Positions 26,217-38,695 of a DNA stretch of 64,000 nucleotides are shown piece by piece (the stretch's first letter is position 1; each line of letters starts with the position of its first letter). The translations under genes and the position numbers were made by a program. The notes beneath the pieces were generated by a model, which worked only from the letters and a program-made list of their open reading frames with translations, was not told the DNA's origin and did not search any database. The DNA is from Callorhinchus milii (lineage: Eukaryota). The DNA lies in assembly GCF_018977255.1 (NCBI RefSeq), contig NW_024704743.1, positions 92,940,001 through 93,004,000 on the forward strand, written 5' to 3'.

Positions 26217-27454
26217 CTTCTGCACAAGGGTATAGCCAGGCGATCAGGCATAACATTGCTGACAGTGGGGCGAATAGGACAGGGTCATGAATCACGAAAG
26301 TGCTTTTAATGACCATGTATCCATGATTGTATAAGAGTTTAAATGACAAAATTGTTATAATTAGTTTTTATGAAATTTCATGTATTTTTCAATTCACCAT
26401 ATATATAATCAGAAAATATATCTTTGAATTATGTCCCATTAACATTATTTGTTTCATACATTTGTTCTGTTTATTTCAATAAAGTTACAAAACATTACAC
26501 CAAAATAATAGATTGAAATTGTTAACTTTGTCTATGTATTTTCTTTACTCTTTCCTATGTATGGCTCAGCACTGTCAGTTGTAATTTATTAAGAAGTATT
26601 CAGGGAATTCTTTCCTTGTGCACTAGGCATGGGAGAAAATTCTCATTACTGATCCTGCTGTTGGAAAATGCTAAAGGGGTCATTACTTTGTGATAAAAAG
26701 CTGCAAATGATCTTTCCAAAATACTTAATGGTTTCCGTCAGATACACAGATAATATTCAATTTGAAACCCTTTCATTGCATGGATAAATTAATTTAAAAA
26801 AAAATTAGTACAAGGAACTAGATATTGGAGGGGAGTTCTGTGTATGAAAGATAAATCATTGGCTGGAGCGTAAATGTTCCTTTAAATATTGAAATAAATT
26901 GAACTGCTGTGGTCATCCCAAGCTGCATTAATTGTACAAGTAACAGGAAGAACTATTCAATGAGCAGAAGGAAATAGAAAAGGAGCGGATTAGTCATGGT
27001 TCTAAACTATTCTTTTTAAAGTTTCATGTACAAATTGCACTCCAATGGAGAGCAAAGTGGAGCAAGCTGGATGAAAACCCAATTTAACGATGTTAATACA
27101 ATCACCACAGTCAGTAAAATGTGCACATTGCTAAGAACCCTCTTGAGCATTGTTAGGAAGGTAAAAAGAATGTGTAAAAGTGTAATAGGCTCATAATTAT
27201 TACCAGCATTTATAGATGTAGAGGGGTTTAATTTTTAAGAGGTAAAACACTTCAGTGATTTCCTATTTAATAAAGACATTGGGTCTAACTTGCATTTGAC
27301 AAAATTCTTTCATATAAAAAAAATTAGAATTCCTGTTGATTTGCAGGTACTTTGCTACAGAAGCTGGAAAACTCCAGTAAGTCAAGTTAGACATAGTTCC
27401 AGTTACTGAAGTCCCAGTTTGTGCCATTTGGATTCCTTATCAAGGAATCCTGTT

Positions 27455-27790
27455 GAGAACCCGCCCACTCCCTCCGCTCAGCCGGCTCCGGCCTGCTCCA
27501 CGTCCCCCGACCCACCCGTCCCACCATTGGCTGGAGAGCCTTCAGCTACTCTGCCTCCAACCTCTGGAATTCAATCCCCCAATCACTCTGCCTCGCCCCC
27601 TCCTTAGCCTCCTTCAAGTCCCATCTCAAGACCCTGCTCTTCAGCATGCCATCGGCCACCCCCTTCCGTCCCCTCCCTTCTCCCTCCCTGACCGCAGCTC
27701 AGGTCTGAAACGCTGTACACTATCCAGGGCCTTGTGAAATCCTCCCGACATGAAAGGCACTGTACAAATGTAATCTTGTTGTTGTTGTCA
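27455..27790 (+). mobile_element. L2 3' fragment
   Basis: C-terminal region, 3' UTR and (ttg)n tail, matching the 8155-8480 copy. Confidence 0.88.
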
Positions 27791-28889
27791 TTGTTAGAAA
27801 CAATGCAAATTAGATGTAAATATTAGCAACCATGCCAGGTTGATAATTTGAGTCAATGGGGCTATGTAATGGTAACAGCTGTCTTTATGATTCCAGTATC
27901 AACCATGTCTGCGTTGTAAGCACGAGTCAGGGTAATCAATGTTGGCCATCAGAATTTTAACTAGTTTCAAGTGCGGAAAATTTTAATTATGAATCAAGAA
28001 ACCAAATCAGAAATTGGTTCAATGCAGAACAGTCGTACCTTTTGAAAACATAATTCGGTATGTTCTATATTTAATTTAATCAAATTAAAAGACAGTATAT
28101 ATATATTCTTAGGTTTCTTACACCTGCTTAATATTTGCAATCTGAAACTGGGTATGTTATTTTCAAACTAATATTGAAGTCTGCCGGATGGGAATCCTTA
28201 CTGAATTCCCAATAAGAATTCCCATACTGAATAAGGACATGTTTAACCACATTTTTTGTTCTTGTGAATAAGTATAACATCTTATAATTTATACCCATTC
28301 CTTCATGTTTCCACGATGATTCTTCATATTAATTTTCTCAGAAATTATCACCATGTCCATTGTATGAGCACGAAGAGTTGAATGACAAAATGCAAGAGAG
28401 GAATGAGGCATGATTTCCGGGATCTTCAATCAACAACAACAACAACAACAACAACAAGATTGCATTTATAGAGCACCTTTCATGTCAGGAGGACGTCCCC
28501 ACTCTGCTGCAAAGGAGCAATATGTCTGGCTGGCTATGGCAGGGCCTTCAACCAGGCCATCGCTGAATTGCACCTTCTAGTTTGGAAATCCACTATGAAG
28601 ATCAGTGGAAACACCAGGCTTAATTGAAAGCCCTCGCGTTTTATGGAGACAGAAGCCATGTATTTGCTTCAGGATATTCAGCATGTCCACCAAAAATTTT
28701 GCCTAACAAAACCCAAATGCACACTGAAGTGATGATATTGGCAATTCCCCAGATCATTAAAAGCAGGTATCAAGCCCATGTAAGATTCGAGTCTGATAGT
28801 TGATCACTAAAAACAGTGATATTTTTGTGTGTATTTTCCTTGTATAAAGTCATAGTGAAAATATTGCTATTTTTAGTAATCAAGGTAAA

Positions 28890-30320
28890 ATGACCCCTCT
28901 AACGTCCTTGAAAGAGTTGTCGCCTCCCAGCTGCGCTCTTTCCTCTCCACCCATTCATTATTCGAACCCCTTCAGTCGGGTTTTTGTGCTGCCCATAGCA
29001 CAGAAACTGCCCTGGTCAAGGTCACCAATGACATCCTGACCATCTGTGACCAGGGCTCCCTCTGCCTCCTCATCCTCCTCGACCTATCGGCAGCATTCGA
29101 TACGGTCGACCATGCTATCCTCCTCCACCGCTTGTCCTCCCACCTCAAACTTCAGGGCCCTGTCCTTGAGTGGTTTAGGTCGTACCTCTCCCACCGTCTT
29201 CACTTTGTTTCCACAAACGGCTTTTCCTCCACCCCCCGGACTGTCTCGTGCGGTGTCCCTCAGGGCTCTGTCCTCGGTCCCCTCCTCTTCACCCTCTATA
29301 TGCTCCCCCTTGGTGACATCATCCGCAGACATAGGGTTAACTTCCACATATATGCGGATGACACCCAACTCTACCTTTCCTCCTCTACCCTCAACTCCAC
29401 GACCACCGATGTCCTGACAGTCTGCCTGTCCGACATCGAGTCCTGGACGAGAGACAACTTTCTTCAGCTCAACGTGCGTAAAACTGAGGCCCTCCTGATT
29501 GGCTCGCGTCAGCGCCTCTGCACCTCAGGCGCTGACAGCATCAGCATCCAAGGCTGCACTCTCCACCTCTCAAAGCCGGTCAGGAACCTCGGGGTTCTGT
29601 TCGACCCTGAGTTGTCCTTTGTTACTCACATCCGTGACACAACTGGCACCGCCTTCCATCACCTCTGGAACATCGCCAGACTACGGCACTACCTCACCCC
29701 TCACGCTGCTGAAACTCTGGTCCATGCCTTTATCACCTCAAGGCTGGACTATGGGAAATCTCTCCTCGCCGGCCTTCCCGGCACCTCCCTCCACAAGCTT
29801 GTGTACTGTCCCGCACCAGGCTTCGGACCACGTCACTCCCACCCTCGCTCGCCTCCACTGGCTCCCCATCCCCAGAGGATCGAATTCAAGATCCTCATCT
29901 TTGCCTACAAGGCCATTCATGGCCTTGCTCCCTCCTACCTCTCCGATCTACTATCCCCCTACCTACCTGCCAGTACCCTCTGTTCCTCTGGCTCCGGTCT
30001 GCTCCACATCCCCCGCCCAACCGCCCTACCATCGGTGGCCGGGCCTTCAGCCTCTCAGCCCCTAGGCTCTGGAACTCTATCCTCCAGTGCCTTCGCCTTG
30101 CTCCCTTTCCTCCTTCAAGGCCGGTCTCAAGACCTTTCTCTTTGACTGTGCCTTCAGCTCCCCTCTCGACTCTCTACCCCCTCCTCGCTCCCTCCCTTCC
30201 CTCCCCTCACCCTGACCATTTCCCCCCTGCTCGGGTCCTGACCAAACTGTCCAGCGTCTTGGGATGTCCTCCCGACGTGAAAAGCGCTCTATAAATTGAA
30301 TCTTGTTGTTGTTGTTGTTG
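28890..30320 (+). mobile_element. L2 LINE, 5'-truncated, relatively well preserved RT
   Basis: ORF 29132-30145 contains [24 protein letters not shown] and RNLGVLFD; (ttg)n tail at ~30303-30320. Confidence 0.95.
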
Positions 30321-31900
30321 TGGTGAGATTGACAACAAAAGGTTTTAATTTGTGAGATTTGCCAAAGGGTTTCTAAATAGAGAATACTACAGGTATCTAA
30401 ACATGGCTCAGACTGACCCTCTGGAAGTTGGTTGACTCAGGTCTCGATCTTAGGTTTAACATCTGTGAACCTGTGTTGTGGCTAAGGATGGTTCTTACTT
30501 AATTATTATTATCATTATTTACAGTCCATTAATGCTAGCATATCTTTGTTAGTGCTCCATTTGCACATGTAAAAGAAGAAGAAAGTATTGATATAGTACC
30601 TTCTTATACTGAAACAATTCTTTCCATATAATTACTGTTGAGTGTAGCAATTGTATGTTTAAGTAAATATGGCAGCCACAATCCCATGAGCAGTAATAAG
30701 GTGATCTGGAGAATTGTTGGCCATAGTATGGGGAGAAACTCAAATATCTTGCCAAATTTTGTGATTTATGTTTTAACATCCATTTGATCAGGTAGACGTG
30801 ATCTCAGTTTAACTTCTCATCCGAAAGACACCACCTCCAATATTGAACCGAGAGGGGTAAGAAACAGTGTGTTTATTGCTCTCTAGCCTTTTCTTACACT
30901 CTGCTGGGTTTAAAGAAAGGTGACTAGCCATTTTGCAAATATTGCAAATTAGACAGTTTTTAATATTTGCAAGCTAACAGTCTGAGTTAATCTATCAAAT
31001 CCGGTTTCAGAATATCGTAAAATAGAGCCCATTATATGTCCCTGCTGAATTTGATGAATAAAGGAGGCTGCAAAATATTTTATGCTCTTGCATTTAAAGG
31101 TTAGGTTTCGATCACAAATGTAATGTAAAATAGACAGTATTTGACAATGTTATTTTGTATATTTACTAAGCGTGTGATTCAAAAAAGAAAGAAAATGTCA
31201 CTTATTTCAGTTGAGAAAATACTTCAAGTCCAATAAGGTGTCTAGGCTGTTGTTAGAAGAGACAGTTTTCCACTTACTTGATTGTGTAATCACAGGTCAA
31301 TTATCACTTCTACAAGCCTTAGCAACACTTCCATCATGCAATGTAATCAGTCTTTGAGGGGGAGTGACTGTGAGTGAGTCACCACAGAGTCACATTTGTA
31401 TGACAGGGATGGCAGAGTTAGTTCAAATAGAAGTTACTCTTCAAACTTATGAATTGCTGCTGAAGTACAATTTGCACATTAGCAGCATGTTATATGATTG
31501 CATGTTAGTGGCAGCAATATAGGCAAACATTGCTCATGCGCAAACTTACATGTGCTCAACTACATTCTTTCTATATACGTTGCAGCTTCATTAGTACAGA
31601 CTTGAGTAAAGCACTAATTTGGTTAAAGTGCAGTTGCTCATTGTGATGCACATAGCCACCTGCTCGCTTCACGCTCATTAAGTCGCGGCTAACATCACGT
31701 CCTGCTTTGCTGCAGATGTAGTCTCAATCACAATTTACAGTGGGACCTCAGTGTTTGGGAACCATACAACCTCAACTTTGATGCAGCAAACAAGAAGTGC
31801 CATTGGCCATGACCAAGTGAACTGAAAGTCGGATAGTTATTGCTTTTAGGATGGGAACTAGTGGACATGGAGGGAGTGAACCTGTTAACTGTGCAGTCAA

Positions 31901-32226
31901 GTGGAATCCTGTAGCTCAGTGGTTAGAGCACTCGCTTTGCAAGTGAGAGACCTGAGTTCAATTCCAGGCAGGGCGAAACCTTGGGCAAGTTTCCTTACTC
32001 CACACGCCTAATAATAATCCCTCCAAAAACCAAAAACAATAATTAAATTGGTCATTTTTAATCTACGACTGTTTGTAGGACACTGCAGTGCGCAATTGGC
32101 TGCCGCGTTCGCCCACAAATATACAGTCAATTCACTTTACAGTGTGTTCTGTGAAGCGCTTTGGGACGTCCTCCCGACGTGAAAAGCGCTATATCAAATG
32201 CAAGGATTATTACAAGGATTACTATA
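31901..32226 (+). mobile_element. tRNA-Ala-derived SINE, subfamily A, full length
   Basis: A box tagctcagtgg; anticodon arm ctcgc-tttgcaa-gtgag (TGC); B box gttcaattcc; Deu-like 3' segment gctgtgcgcaattggctgccgcgtt; L2-type 3' stem-loop. Confidence 0.93.
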
Positions 32227-32584
32227 AATCCACTCACAACTTGATCTGGCACAAGTTGGGAATATATGAATCCAGTACAGCCTGTTATAGCAAGGCTCCA
32301 ATGTAATTTCAGTAGAGACTGACACGCACTTTTCAGAATTCTACCTTTTCCACCAACACAAAGTAGTGTCGAAACATAACACAAGTTTATTTTGCAATGA
32401 CTGAGATCTAATAGAATAAAACCTATTGCGGAAACGTCAAGAAAACAACAAAAAATCAAAAAATCTTTTGGCCAAGCCGATGCTTTGAGTCAATCTGTTG
32501 CTTACAGAGCATTGTTGCAGTTGAACCATTGTCAGATTATCACATTGTTGAGATGTCTCAAAGCACTTCACAGGATGCACTGTA

Positions 32585-32977
32585 AACTACTACTACTAAT
32601 AATAATCCTTACATTTGATATAGTGACTTAAACGTCTTCAGGACGTCTCAAAGCACTTCACAGGACATACTGTAAAGTGTAGTGACTCTATATTTTGTGG
32701 GCAAAACACAGCAACAACAACAACAAGATTGCCTTTATAGAGCGTCTTTCACGTCAGGAAGACGTCCCAAGGCGCTGGACAGTTGGGTCGGGATAAGAGC
32801 GGGGGGGAAATGGTCAGGGTGAGGGGAGGGAAGGCAGGGAGCGAGGAGGGGGTAGAGAGTCGAGAGGGCCAATTGCACATAGCAGTCTCCCACAAACAGT
32901 CGTGGATTGAGTTACTAAATTTTTTTTTTTGCAGGGATTATTACCCCTGGAAAAGCAAACCACCAATTGATTAACAA
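32585..32977 (-). mobile_element. SINE subfamily B fragment interrupted by an L2 3' end (32712-32868)
   Basis: The SINE sequence gtgggcaaaacacagc|ccaattgcac is split by (caa)n plus L2 3' UTR. Confidence 0.75.
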
Positions 32978-33499
32978 GCGTCCTCCCGACTTGAAAAGCG
33001 CGATACAAATGTAATTTTGTATTGTGACAATATTGTACTCTGAACTCAAAGAAAGTTTTACTAAAAGGAACATATACACCATCAATCCTTTTACAAGGAT
33101 TTTAAGACTGTTTATTTTATTCGACTCTTTTAAATTTCATCATTAACACTGTTAACTTTATGATGGAACTATCAAATATTCTGGTCAATGCACTATGAGC
33201 AACAGCAATGCTATTTGAGATAAATGCACCAGGTGTTTGTGAAAATAATTCCTTCAAGTGAATCGCTCATAACTTTAAACTCTAGTTCTGATGAAAAATC
33301 AGACCTGAAGCGTTACAAGGCTTAATTAACACATTGTACATTTCCAACATTTCTGTTTTTAGTGCAGATTTTGTAGCATTCACGGTTTTATTTCTATCAG
33401 TTTATCATTGTGAAAGAACACTTTATGAAATATGACTTGGAGCACATGATGAAATAAGGTACCCTTAATACCCTGAGAAAATGCAATTTTTAAGAAAAA

Positions 33500-33935
33500 A
33501 GTATTTGCTTATTTGTTTATGTCCAACACGAGCATTACCATGCTTACCAAACTGAGATTTCCATTAATCCCATCTTTACATGGAAATTTCAGAGATATTT
33601 ATTGGAATGGAATGCACATTCTCTCCCTGGAGGGACACATCCTGCTTACCTAATTCCGGAAGTTATTAGGCGCAGCTTGGCAGAAGCCAAGGCTTGAACA
33701 CCCCAGAGTGTGCGTTAGGGTATTGCTGAAGTCTAACCAGCAAGGGCAGTGGCTTGCAGGGTTAATGGGAATTGAGTGGGAAGAGTCCCTGCCCCCAGTG
33801 ACTGCTCTGCCCTTCCAAGTTCTGCAAATAATCCAGGCTGGGCTGTACTGCCATCAGCAGTGCCCTGGAATACTGTGGACCTGCCTGTCTCAGGAACTGG
33901 ACCACCAGGACAGCCGCAGAGAGCTGGCTCAATTG
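33500..33935. repeat. Unclassified dispersed repeat, copy 1 of 5
   Basis: Shared core agagatatttattggaatgg...ctccctggagg...catcctgctta...ttggcaga...ccaaggctt...tgctg(g/a)agtctaaccagc. Confidence 0.8.
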
Positions 33936-34054
33936 TGACATTTGTCTGATGAAATGCAAACAAATCATATCAATACTGGTATATTGTTCCTGAAGGCAAC
34001 TGAATATTAGTCATGGCAAATGAGTTGATAAACCCTAGAAATGTTATGAGTGTC

Positions 34055-34345
34055 ACATGAGGCCACCTTCCTACCTCTCTGACTTCCTCTCTCCCCAATC
34101 CACCATCTGGCGCTTCGGCTCAACTGGCACCAGCCTCCTGCTTATCCTTCGCATCCTACACCCCATCATTGGAGGTTGCACTTTCAGCCACTATGCCCCA
34201 AAACTCTGGAACACTCTCCCTCAATTCCTCCACCTTGCTCCCTCTCGCCCTCTTTCAAGTCCTGAAAATTTTCCTCGTCGACCTTGCTTACGGCCACCTC
34301 CACCCTTCCCCCAGCTCCGGGGTCAGGCTCCGCACTTTAGGGGTT
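34055..34345 (+). mobile_element. Old L2 3' fragment
   Basis: PSYLSDFLSP...IGGCTFSHYAPKLWNTLP. Confidence 0.8.
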
Positions 34346-34559
34346 CATAGTCATTCTATATTGTGAAATCTGCCATTTAAAGAAAAAATCAAATGTTATT
34401 TGGTTCAATCTGTGGTATAATAAAGCTTCAGCTCAATGTGATTCATTATGCTGATGGAGTACGTCAGCCTACTACTTGGTAGATGAGATAAGGCTTCAGC
34501 TAATTGGATCTGCTTTCCCTGCTCCAAATAATAGGCCTCATTAGTGTTTTTACTCTATT

Positions 34560-34800
34560 GGCATTTATTTTCTGTCAGATGAGTTTTGGACACGCACAGA
34601 AACCCAATGCATTGCCACGCTTAAGAATATCCAAACCAGGGGAGAATTCCACATATGCATTGACATTTTCCTTTGCCCCTCAGCGACACATACAACACCT
34701 CCAAACCTGGAAAGAAGTAGGCAAACGTTGGCAAGAGCCAACCTTTATCTGGGGTACAGCTGGAGGTTAACCAAATAAAACTGCGCTGGATAAACTTCAA
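34560..34800. repeat. Unclassified dispersed repeat, copy 2 of 5 (most diverged)
   Basis: tttctgtcag...cagaaaccc...tatccaaacca...ttggcaagagcca...gggtacagctggaggttaacca. Confidence 0.55.
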
Positions 34801-34974
34801 TAGTACTCCAACACACACTGACATTTAAATTTATTCATCTACAATCTAAATTGTTAACTGGAATTTACATTATTGAATGTATTATTAAGAACACTCCTTC
34901 CATTTTTCTTCATGGTGAGCAGCTGCAAAAAATGACTGAGCCTGCAAATCTATCTCGCCAAAATAATTTTAACA

Positions 34975-36930
34975 TACAATACAAAATTATATTCGTAAAA
35001 CGTCTTTCATGTTAGGAGGATGACCCAAGGCATTGAACAGTCAGGGATTAGGACCCGAGTGGGGGCAAGGGGTGGGTGGGGGTTGGGATCAGGGAGGGTG
35101 GAGGGCGGGGAGGGTGGGGTAAAAGGGTGGCCATAGGCACGATTGACGAGTCGGATCTTGAGGCATGCCTTGAAGGAGGCATGGGAGGGAGCAAGGCAAA
35201 GAGAATTGGGATGGAGTTCCAGAGGGTGGGGGCAGAGAGGCTGAAGGCCCGACCGCCGATGGTGGGATGGGCTGGTTGGGGGACAGAGAGCAGCCCACAG
35301 CCTGCTGAGTGGACAGGTTGACAAGGGGTTAGTGGGTCTGAGATGTAGGAGGGGGCAAGGCCATGGAGGGCTTTGAAGGTTAGGATGAGAATTTTGAACT
35401 TGATCCTCTGAGGGATGGGAAACCAGTGGAACCGGACGAGGATGGGTGTGATGGTGTCACGGAGCCTGATGCAGGAGAGGACACGAGCTGCAGAGTTCTG
35501 GATGATCTGCAGCTTGTGGAGGGAAAAGTTGGGAAGGTCTACAAGCAGGGCATTAGCATAGACAAGCAGGGATGTAATGAAGGCATGCATGAGGGTTTTG
35601 GCGGCCTGAGGGGTGAGGTATTCTCGAAGTCGGAGGCGAAAGGCAGAGCGGGTTATGGCACGGACATGGGGGAGAAAGGATAGTTGAGGGTCGAACAAGA
35701 CACCTAGGTTCATGACTGGCTTGGTGAGATGGTTTGTGCATCTGTCGATACCGATGCTGCCAGTGCCTGAGGTGTGGAGACGCTGGCAAAGCCAATCAGG
35801 AGAGTCTCGGCCTTGCTGACGTTCAACCGTAAAAAGTTGGCTCTCATCCAGGACTTGATGTATGGCAGGCAATAGGTCAGAAGGACAATTTACCGGAGGC
35901 AAGCCGGACCGTTTTTTATGTGGTCCAACCAGATCTGCCGGTGAACCGGTAAATCAGATTTGAGCCAGGTGAGTTCAGTGGCATGCACCTGACCATTGAG
36001 TAAGCAGCGGTGGCTGGTGTACCAGCATGAGGCTTGTGAGTACGAGATGGTTCGGGAGGTGAGGGGGGCAAGAGCATCGAGAATGGTGGAGAGGGAGTTG
36101 TGGAGGAGAGCGACTGAGGAGGATAAGTCGATGCAGGAGGTAAGTCAGAGGGGAGGAGTTCAGACAACTCCAGGGCAGCGGAGCGGGAGTGTGCGGGAGA
36201 TTCTTTTTCAGCGGTGGTAGGAGATGGAGATGGCATGGGTGGCTTGGAGGAGAGGGATTGAGGAGTTAAGGGAGATGAAATGGTGTTCTGAGATGGCTTT
36301 ATCAGTGATTATGAGGTCCGAGACACTGAGGCCCCGGGTAATCACCAGGTCGAGTGGGTGGCCATGAACTTGGGTGGCAGAGTGGATGTGGAGTGAGATG
36401 TCGTGAGAGGAAAGGAGAGAGGAAAAGTCAGTGGAGATAGAGCAAAAGGGGTTGAAGTGCAGGTTGAAGATGTCAAGGATGAGGAGGCATTCGAAACAGA
36501 GGCAGAGGGAAGGAAGCTGGAAGGGTGGAGATGTCAGAGATTAAGGTTGGGGAGGGTTTTGGGGGGACGATGAATCAGGAGAATTTTGGTGGAAGCTATA
36601 CTCAGGTGGTGTGGCCTCAATCAGCGGGTAGGTGTCGCCTGGGGTGATCCAGGTTTTAGTGATGGCCAGGATATTGATGTTTTCATCAATGAAGATGCCA
36701 TTGATGGCGAGAGCCTTGTTAGGAAGGGAGTGGACATTTTGTAGGCCAATGCGGAGGGGACAGTTGGCAGAGGGATGCAGGAGATGGGACAGGCTGGTGG
36801 GAGGATGGGCAGGGAAGGTAGGAATGTGGATGAGGGAGGAGAGGTTAGCCCCCATGGTCTGGATCTGGCAGGGCTTGCGGTGATAGTGGGGAATTGGGCA
36901 GTCAGTGTGGCTGCTGCTGGACAGCCATAG
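34975..36930 (-). mobile_element. L2 LINE with the endonuclease N-terminus retained and a large internal deletion of the RT core
   Basis: 36541-36855 encodes LRIGLQNVHSL...ILAITKTWI (APE start). 35048-35870 encodes the post-YADD region and 3' UTR. No GVPQGS or YADD lies between them. Confidence 0.85.
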
Positions 36931-36964
36931 ATACTTTAGAGAATATTCCTTTACCCAAAGGGGA

Positions 36965-37428
36965 GTTTTTTATTTTATGTTTTTGTCAGTCGAGTGTCTG
37001 ACACATGTAGAAACCAATCTTCATGCTTAATGGTACCCAAACACACAGAAATCGCAGAGATATATTGTTGGAATGGAATGCATACTCTCCCTGGAGGAAC
37101 GCATCCTGATTATCTCATTCCGGAAAGTATTAGGCACAGCTTGGCAAGAGTCAAAGCTTGGCAACCCAGAGTGTGCATTGGGGTACTGCTGGAGTCTAAC
37201 CAGCTAAAACCACATAACTGCCATTGATATTGCTGTCCATCAAGCTTTCTTGCTGCTTGTCCAGCTAGGCATCCCTACCTGTTAGGACTTTGGCTTGCAG
37301 GGTTAACAGGAGCTGAGTGGAATGAAACCCTGCCCCAGTGACTGGTCTGCCCTTCTAGTTCATGCTGATGACCCGAATCAGCAGCTGGAACAGGTTACCA
37401 GGAAGAATGTTTGAAGCCAGGGCACTGA
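36965..37428. repeat. Unclassified dispersed repeat, copy 3 of 5
   Basis: Same core as 33500-33935 and 55755-56238. Confidence 0.82.
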
Positions 37429-37430
37429 AT

Positions 37431-37758
37431 TATAATAATAATAATAATAATAATCCTTGCATTTGATATAGCGCTTTTCATGTCGGAAGGACATCCCAAA
37501 GCGCTTCACAGAACACACTGTAAAGTGAATTGACTGTATATTTGTGGGCGAACGCGGCAGCCAATTGCGCACAGCAATGTCCCACAAACAGTCATAGATT
37601 GAAAATGACTAATTTTATTATTGTTTTTGGTTTTGGAGGGATTATTATTAGGCGTGTGGAGTAAGGAAACTTGCCCAAGGTTTCGCCCTGCCTGGAATTG
37701 AACTCAGGTCTCTCACTTGCAAAGCGAGTGCTCTAACCACTGAGCTACAGGACTCCAC
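37431..37758 (-). mobile_element. tRNA-Ala-derived SINE, subfamily A, full length
   Basis: Near-exact reverse complement of 31901-32226. Confidence 0.95.
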
Positions 37759-38094
37759 ATCTGAGTCTGAGTTTATCTAAGAAGCAGATTAATTCTCCAA
37801 CAGGAAGATGATTGCAAGGATATGTGATCAAATGAGTCAAAGGATCTTCTCAAGGTGCCACAATAGATATACCTCTATTGTAATCTTGTGATCTCTTATA
37901 AAGACTTTCAGTAAATTTACTAGCCTTGGAAGAGTTAGAAATGTTTCCGATGTTCAGAGACTCACTTTCGTATATCCACCCCTCTTAAAATCAGTATTGA
38001 AAACCAACATTATAGATTTTGTATTCTGGTCAGCAGTGTTGAAATGTCAATATTAGGAATTTTAGAGTAGGGTTTCCTTCAATGTCAACTAGTA

Positions 38095-38695
38095 TCACTC
38101 TGGCTCAGTTGATAACATTCTCACCTCTGATTCAGAAGGTTGTAAGTTTAAGCACCGCCCTATTTGAAAAATGTCCGCAGGCCACATAAGCAATATTTTT
38201 GTGGTTCCTTTCCAGAAACATAACATAACATTTACGGGTTATAGAGGGAGTGGGTGTCCCAGATTAAATGGAGGGAGTGCCCCGAATAAAATTGTCCTGT
38301 TGGCTGCCAGTTGGACCATTCTGGTCTAAGCTGACACTCCAATGCAGTGCTAGGGAGCATCACATTGTCGGAGGTGCCATCCTTTGGTTGAGGCATTAAT
38401 CTGAGACCTTGTCTGTCTGTTCAGGTGGACTTCAAAGATCCCATTGCGCTACTCCGAAGGAGAAGAGAGTTTCTTTCAATATCATTGCCAACAATCATCG
38501 CCCTCAAAAAAAAATGATCATTCACTTCATGGCTGTTTGTGTGACATTATCGTGCACAAATTGGCTTCCGTGTTTGCCTACAAAATAGTCACTACACGTC
38601 ATAGTAAAATCCTACAAAATGCTTTGAGATATCTTGAAGACGTGATAAGGGTCTATATCAAATTCAAGAGTTATGTTATTATATGGATTATTATT
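38095..38695 (+). mobile_element. Deu-domain SINE (SacSINE1/AmnSINE1-like) with an internal insertion at ~38160-38325
   Basis: Head tggctcagttgataacattctcacctctgattcagaagg; Deu core gctgacactccaatgcagtgctagggagc...gtcggaggtgccatcctt...tcaggtggac...aaagatcccat. Confidence 0.8.

Noticed and set aside
31901..31975. tRNA-Ala(TGC) gene calls for the SINE heads (also at 37690, 43010, 55111, 60861)
   Set aside because: The A/B boxes and anticodon arm are present, but there is no proper acceptor stem and each continues into the same SINE body and tail.
34504..34770. 88-aa ORF with a hydrophobic N-terminus resembling a small membrane protein
   Set aside because: Non-ATG start, and it mostly overlaps a diverged copy of the unclassified repeat.
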